Source: Nitrospirota bacterium
GTDB taxonomy: Bacteria > Nitrospirota > Thermodesulfovibrionia > Thermodesulfovibrionales > Dissulfurispiraceae
Direction: 5' to 3'
Assembly: GCA_963790025.1 (NCBI GenBank)
Contig: CAWBMP010000004.1
Span: 448,001-512,000 of the forward strand
Length of the DNA stretch: 64,000 bases
Shown here: positions 58,472 through 64,000 of the stretch, in pieces
Numbering within the stretch: position 1 is the stretch's first letter
How the letters are laid out: each line of letters opens with the position of its first letter
Made by a program: the position numbers and the translations under genes
The notes under the pieces: generated by a model
Databases searched by the model: none
Seen by the model: only the letters and a program-made list of their open reading frames with translations
What the model was told of the DNA's origin: nothing

Positions 58472-61381
58472 ATGAAAGAAATAACCTCGCCTTCCAGATT
58501 TCTAAAGCAACTGGCAATAGGGTGGGTTTTTATAAACCTTCTTGTTGTTGTGCTTGTTGGCGTTTCCATCAACGAAAGCCGCCTTAATTATCAGGAAAGA
58601 GCCGCTGTTATAACGCAGAACCTATCCCAAATACTTGAAGAGTATATCGGTGGTGTCATCAGGAATACTGATGTGACCCTCCAGACAGTGGCAGACGAAG
58701 CGGAGAAGCAGCTTGCCGCAGGAGGCATCAACAAACGGATAATGAATTCATATTTATTAAGACAGAAAGCACGCATAAAGGAAAGTGACAATTTTAGGTT
58801 GAGTGATGAAAAGGGCCATGTCTTTTATGGTACGGAAGTGATGCCAGGTACACCTATTAATGTTGCTGACCGCGATTACTTCATTAGCTTGTCTAATAAC
58901 TCAAAGATTGGAATGTTAATCTCAAAGCCGATGCTTGGCCGCATCTCCCACAAATGGGTATTAGTTGTTGCCCGCCGCATTAATAAACCTGACGGTTCAT
59001 TTGCCGGTGTCGTCTACTCGGGAATTTTACTGGAGAGGTTGGCTGAAACATTTTCCAGTATTAATACGGGCAAGAACGGGTCTGTCATACTAGTAGACGA
59101 CAAACGCAGCACGATTTGTCGCTATCCTGAGCACCTTGGAATTGGCAGTGCCGTGGGTGTCAAGATCAAGTCTCCAGAAGTCATAAAATTCTTTGAAAGT
59201 GGCGCAGTGGCGACAACATTCAGGACGCGGTTCACCCTTGACGGGGTTGAGCGTACGCTTTCATATCGCAGGATTTCCTCCTATCCCCTTTATGTAGGAG
59301 TCGGACTGGCAAAAAAGGACTATCTTTCAGAATGGCGAAAGGAAACCGCAAAAAATCTGGCGCTGGTATTTCTCTTTTTCCTCGTCACACTTGGTTTAGC
59401 ATGGATGATCTATCGATACATAACCCAGCGCAAGCAGGCGGAGAATATCCTTCAGGAAAGCGAGAAAAAATACAGGACACTTATTGAAACAACTGATACC
59501 GGTTTTGTAATCATTGACAAGGACGGATTAGTATTGGATGCCAATCCTGAGTATGTCCGTCTGACGGGTCATCAGAGGCTGGAAGATATACTTGGCAGGT
59601 CGGTGACGGAATGGACTGCCGGTCATGACAGTGACCGCAATGCTGCGGAAGTGAAAGAGTGCTTCAAGGAGGGTTTTGTAAGGAACTTTAATGTTGACTA
59701 TATAGACAAAGACGGCAAAATAACCCCGGTCGAAATCAATGCAACGGTTGTCGGTACTGAACAAGGACAGTTAGTGGTTACACTGTGTCGTGACATCACC
59801 GAACGGAAGCAGGCTGAGGAGGAAGTGCTGAGCGAGCAGAATTTTATTCAAAATATTCTAAGTACGACGCCGAACTTGATCTATATTTATGATTTGATAG
59901 AACGCTGTAATGTGTATGCCAATCGCGAGGTGACAGTAATTCTGGGATACACAGAAGAACAACTAAGGTCTATGGGCTCCATGTTGTTTTCAAACATTCT
60001 GCATCCTGATGATGTACCAGTCGTAAGCCAGCACCATGCTCGCTTTTTGACGGCAGGCGATGGTGAAGTATTGGAAGCCACTTACCGAATGAAACATTCA
60101 AATGGACAGTGGCGCTGGCTGGCGAGCAAGGATATTGTATTCTCGCGTGACAAGGAAGGTAAGCCGCTGCAAATACTGGGCACAGCCACAGACATTACTG
60201 AAAGCAAGCTGGCTCAGGAAGAGAAAGCCAAAATTGCAGAGCAACTTCGCCAAGCCCAGAAGATGGAGGCAATAGGCACTCTTGCCGGAGGAGTAGCGCA
60301 CGACTTCAATAACATACTCTCGGCAATTATCGGATTTGCTACAATGGCGCAGATGAGTAAAAATGATCAAAAAACTAATGAGTTTATAAAGGAAATTGTT
60401 GCTGGCGCAAACCGTGCTGCTGAGCTTACTCATAGCCTGCTTGCCTTTAGCCGGAAACAGACTATTGCCCTGAAACAGGTAGACCTCAATCATATAGTCA
60501 GGAACATCAATAAAATGCTTATGAGAGTCATCGGGGAAGACATAAAGCTGTCAAATTTTCTTATTAATAGAGAGCTTGTTGTTATGGCAGACACAGGACA
60601 GATTGAGCAAGTATTGCTAAATCTGGCAACCAATGCACGTGATGCGATGCCTGATGGGGGAGAGTTGACCATACAGACAGATATGGTCAATGTGGACATC
60701 AGTTACGCTGAAGCTCACCTTTTTGAGAACACGGGCATGTATGCTGTCCTGACAGTATCGGACACGGGTATTGGCATGGATCAGAAAACAAGGGAAAATA
60801 TATTTGAGCCATTCTTCACGACAAAAGAAGCAGGCAAAGGCACCGGATTGGGGCTTGCCATGGTTTACGGAACAATCAAGCAGCATAGTGGCAATATTAA
60901 TGTATACAGCGAGGTTGCAAGGGGAACAACATTCAGGATATGCCTGCCCATGGCGGAGACAGAAGAAGAGGCAATGCCGCAACAGGTTGAACCGTTGTCG
61001 AAAGGAAAGGGCGAGACAATATTGCTGACAGAGGATGACCCGCAGGTTAGAAACGTTACAGGCGCGTACCTTCAGCAATTAGGTTACAGGGTAATTGAAG
61101 CGGAAAACGGAGAAGAGGCTATAAAGAGGTTTATTGAGAACAAGGATACAATAGCTATTGTTCTTATGGATGTGATAATGCCGGTAATGAACGGAAGACA
61201 GGCATACGAAGAAATAAAGAAACTTACCTCTGATGTAAAGGGAATATTCATGTCAGGCTACACGGACGATGTAATATCCAGAAAGGGTATACTGGAAGAC
61301 GGTTTTGATTTCATCCAAAAACCGATTAACCCTGCCGCATTGGTTAGAAAGATAGGGGAAGTGTTGGACAGGAAAGGGTAA
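58472..61381 (+). CDS. Hybrid histidine kinase (Cache-type sensor, 2 PAS, HisKA, HATPase, REC)
   Basis: DRDYF Cache motif, [37 protein letters not shown]. Confidence 0.92.
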   Translation: MKEITSPSRFLKQLAIGWVFINLLVVVLVGVSINESRLNYQERAAVITQNLSQILEEYIGGVIRNTDVTLQTVADEAEKQLAAGGINKRIMNSYLLRQKARIKESDNFRLSDEKGHVFYGTEVMPGTPINVADRDYFISLSNNSKIGMLISKPMLGRISHKWVLVVARRINKPDGSFAGVVYSGILLERLAETFSSINTGKNGSVILVDDKRSTICRYPEHLGIGSAVGVKIKSPEVIKFFESGAVATTFRTRFTLDGVERTLSYRRISSYPLYVGVGLAKKDYLSEWRKETAKNLALVFLFFLVTLGLAWMIYRYITQRKQAENILQESEKKYRTLIETTDTGFVIIDKDGLVLDANPEYVRLTGHQRLEDILGRSVTEWTAGHDSDRNAAEVKECFKEGFVRNFNVDYIDKDGKITPVEINATVVGTEQGQLVVTLCRDITERKQAEEEVLSEQNFIQNILSTTPNLIYIYDLIERCNVYANREVTVILGYTEEQLRSMGSMLFSNILHPDDVPVVSQHHARFLTAGDGEVLEATYRMKHSNGQWRWLASKDIVFSRDKEGKPLQILGTATDITESKLAQEEKAKIAEQLRQAQKMEAIGTLAGGVAHDFNNILSAIIGFATMAQMSKNDQKTNEFIKEIVAGANRAAELTHSLLAFSRKQTIALKQVDLNHIVRNINKMLMRVIGEDIKLSNFLINRELVVMADTGQIEQVLLNLATNARDAMPDGGELTIQTDMVNVDISYAEAHLFENTGMYAVLTVSDTGIGMDQKTRENIFEPFFTTKEAGKGTGLGLAMVYGTIKQHSGNINVYSEVARGTTFRICLPMAETEEEAMPQQVEPLSKGKGETILLTEDDPQVRNVTGAYLQQLGYRVIEAENGEEAIKRFIENKDTIAIVLMDVIMPVMNGRQAYEEIKKLTSDVKGIFMSGYTDDVISRKGILEDGFDFIQKPINPAALVRKIGEVLDRKG

Positions 61382-61886
61382 AAAGGGGGAAAGGCTAACA
61401 AAGATCGGAAATTGTCTGAATTGATCGTTACTCGCACGATCGGGATGAATATGGCAACACTCTGATTTTTTGATGAAGGTTCCAGTGCAGAGTACTTGAG
61501 GTGTATGGCAAATTGTTTTTGAGATATTTTTTCGCAATTAAACGCAATCGGAAAGATTGGTGCACTCTCATGTTCTCGGTGCAGTTGTGTCGGCATCCCT
61601 CTTGAACAGCCTTGGTTTCGGGTAGTACCCTTGCCTGTTTTCCTTTGCGCCGCTACTATCGACTCGTCGGTGAAGTCGCATTCCTACATTTCTTACGTTG
61701 ATAAAAGATTTCCTGCGATAATTGATAGTCAGCAATTGCGTTTACAAATGCCTTCAACATAAATACTGTTCACGACAATTAATTGTGGTACTGCTGTGGT
61801 GGTGTCATCGATGTCAAGGGCAATGTTCATCCTCACTTTATCAATCCCGGCTATTCATAACATACCCGAGCAACCTCATTTATTTG

Positions 61887-62339
61887 TTATAAAACTTCAT
61901 CGTCACCATAAATTCTTTTGTCTCCAAAAATCTCTGTTTTACCAGATACTGTTCCATTACCAGAAACTATTGCATTACCAGAAACCCTTGCTTTACCACA
62001 AACACGTGCATTACCAAAAACTTGTGCTTCATTAAAAACTCTTGCAAAATCAAAAATGGTTGGACCACCAAAAATTTTTGCATTGTCATAAATCTGTGCT
62101 TAACCATAAATCCTTACATATTGAAAAACCTTTGCATTGCCACAAACTATTGCTTCATCAGCAACCCAACAGTTGCCTTCGTGTGACAAGTTATATTCTT
62201 CTTGTATCCAGCCTCCAAAATCACCTTTTGTTACATTCCCAAAATGATTTAATGCTCGGATTCTGTGTAATACTATTCCTTTTCCAGTCCCATTTTTACT
62301 TCTTATTGTTTCGTCTGTTATTTCGTATTTTTTCATCAT
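61887..62339 (-). pseudogene. Phage-type hexapeptide-repeat (left-handed beta-helix) gene with an in-frame TAA
   Basis: KYEITDE...LHRIRAL..FGNV.KGDFGGWI...NLSHEGNCWV; TAA at 62100-62102, then the same frame continues with (A.V.GN)n repeats to TAA at 61887. Confidence 0.8.
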
Positions 62340-62690
62340 TTTTAGTCATCCTTTCGACCTCTCATTTGATGATATTTACATTGTAATGAATGAAGATATA
62401 TATTTGCCACAGTCAACTATAAGCTGCTTATTTCTTCATCACAACAGGACGGATGCTTGAAGGATAATCTTCTGGTTGAATAGGCTGACGGGTTACAAAC
62501 AATTCCTGTTAAGAACTCATGAAAATAATCAGATTTCTTAGCGTATTTTACGCCGAATTATAGCATGCTTTTTTTGCAGATTGGCGGGTGTATAATACTG
62601 ACATGATGGAAGGAATACTTCGACAGGATTAACCATGTTAGCCACAGGTTAACTGGTGGAATATGATACCGAACGTCTGAAGGAGATTAC

Positions 62691-63191
62691 ATGAAAAGAA
62701 CCGTAAAGGAAACCTCAGTAGTGATGGCTCAAGTTATGCTGCCGCAGGATGCAAATCCGGCCGGTAATGTGCATGGTGGCGTGATAATGAAGCTGATTGA
62801 TACAGCAGCAGCTGTGGTATCTTGTCGTCACGCTCGATCAAACACCGTCACCGCTTCTATAGATATGATGGCCTTCCATAACGCTGTATTCGTCGGTGAT
62901 CTGCTTTGGCTTAAGGCATGCGTTAATATGGTTGGCAAGACCTCGATGGAGATTGGTGTCAGGGTGGAGGCGGAAAACTATATTACTGGCGAGATCAGGC
63001 ATACATCGTCGGCATATCTAACCTTTGCTGCTCTTGGTCCTGATGGAAAACCTACGCAAGTGCCCGAGCTGATACTAGACACAGATGACGATAGAAGAAG
63101 GAATCAAGAGGCGATCATGCGGAGGAAGACAAGGCAAGAACTTCGCAGGAAAGAAGAACAATGTAAACGGGATGGTATTTGCCCGATCTAG
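62691..63191 (+). CDS. Acyl-CoA thioesterase (hot-dog fold, YciA-like)
   Basis: DANPAGNVHGG..MK..D, VTAS.D, GKTSMEIGV; AAGGAG SD. Confidence 0.92.
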   Translation: MKRTVKETSVVMAQVMLPQDANPAGNVHGGVIMKLIDTAAAVVSCRHARSNTVTASIDMMAFHNAVFVGDLLWLKACVNMVGKTSMEIGVRVEAENYITGEIRHTSSAYLTFAALGPDGKPTQVPELILDTDDDRRRNQEAIMRRKTRQELRRKEEQCKRDGICPI

Positions 63192-63225
63192 GTCCTATAG
63201 TGCCCGAAGAATACGAAAGATTGCT

Positions 63226-63369
63226 GGGGTCAGGCTTGCGTTCAGTGCATTTAGTGCTTCCGATTGCCACGGACTATTACATGATAAAATGCTCCGGGAT
63301 ATTCTATGCGTGGCGCCCTTGCCATGATGCCAAAATGTAGCACACTTAAATGCACGTATGCAAGCCTGA
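63226..63369. repeat. REP-like inverted repeat whose right arm abuts the IS110 end
   Basis: GGGGTCAGGCTTGCGTTCAGTGCATTTAGTG (63226) versus CACTTAAATGCACGTATGCAAGCCTGA (ends 63369). Confidence 0.6.
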
Positions 63370-64000
63370 ACATCCCGCTGGAATTTTCAATATATTTTTT
63401 CTTATTTAGATAAGATGTACCCTCTGTTCTCCTTCAGCATCTTGAAAATAACACGGCAAAGATGACGACCAAGCGCACGTAGTGCCTGGTTATGTTTCTT
63501 GCCTTCAGCTCTTTTTTTCTCATAATATTGTTGAGACTGCGGAACTTGTTTTCGGTGCCGATCTACGGCAACCATCATTGCGGCCTTAGCCCGAGTATTA
63601 ACCTGCGTTGGTGGTTTTGATCCTTTTTGCTTGCCTGAACTATTGTCAAGATTCGCCATCCCAATATACAGAGCCAGACTTGCTTCGCTGCCAAAGCGCT
63701 CGATAGTTCCAATCTCTCCGGCGAGTTCAGATGTACAAATGGAACCGAATCCTGGAATGGTTGCGAGCGTTTGCGCAATATCCGAGCCGTGTGCAACACC
63801 CTCCATCTTTGCTTCAAGTGATTTTATCTTGGCATGGAGTTCCATCACGCGGATTGCATCTTCCTGGATCATTTCACCGACCCACTCGACGTCGTGACTA
63901 AACTGTGCTGTTTTCTGCCATTCAACAATAACAGAGGCATATTTCTTACCAATGCCCGGGATCTTGCGGATAGTTGTTTCCCGCATGCGTGCAAGCGTGC
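63370..64000 (-). mobile_element. IS110-family insertion sequence (right end plus 3' part of the transposase gene)
   Basis: Transposase C-terminal domain followed by a ~30 bp non-coding end containing TTGAAA. Confidence 0.8.
63402..64000 (-). CDS. IS110-family transposase, C-terminal part (5' end outside the window)
   Basis: TIPGFG..., EIG.I.RF...LA.Y.G.....SSG, YYEKKRAEGKKH.QA..AL. Confidence 0.88.
   Translation of the reverse strand, partial: TLARMRETTIRKIPGIGKKYASVIVEWQKTAQFSHDVEWVGEMIQEDAIRVMELHAKIKSLEAKMEGVAHGSDIAQTLATIPGFGSICTSELAGEIGTIERFGSEASLALYIGMANLDNSSGKQKGSKPPTQVNTRAKAAMMVAVDRHRKQVPQSQQYYEKKRAEGKKHNQALRALGRHLCRVIFKMLKENRGYILSK

Noticed and set aside
61796..62386. His/Gln-rich plus-strand ORFs (HYQKLL repeats)
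   Set aside because: They are the antisense reading of the hexapeptide-repeat pseudogene

Overview
Mostly core-genome DNA of a Gram-negative bacterium, probably an anaerobe. Gene content and order suggest Nitrospirota (Thermodesulfovibrionia-like) or Desulfobacterota; this is inference only. 1-52.8 kb holds a peptidoglycan-recycling pair (namZ plus a MurU-AmgK fusion missed by the ORF track), glgA, recO/DUF151/era/aspC, alr-mobA-amrB-dnaB-rplI, trmH/S2P/rimO/thiL/lon/hsp20/galU, tRNA-Leu, tldD, lpxC, cysK, a tRNA nucleotidyltransferase and a three-gene split glutamate-synthase-like operon. At 14.7-25.1 kb sits a sensory module: a hybrid kinase, a REC-PAS-GGDEF-EAL protein, an orphan TolC and three paralogous PhnD-like binding proteins with no transporter. 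After tRNA-Pro (52.7 kb) comes an AT-richer accessory region of small ORFs with degenerate attC-like sites and a repeated ~65 bp non-attC linker but no integrase. It is followed by a hybrid kinase, a phage-type pseudogene and an IS110 apparently inserted into a REP-like palindrome. Other unannotated signals: a 171 bp MITE-like repeat (2 copies with compensatory base changes), a 23 aa H1-like lysine-rich micro-ORF, an apparent ATT start codon, sigma54-type promoters, and 6/7/8-mer repeat elements that also sit in-frame inside housekeeping genes. All calls come from reading the sequence; no searches were run.
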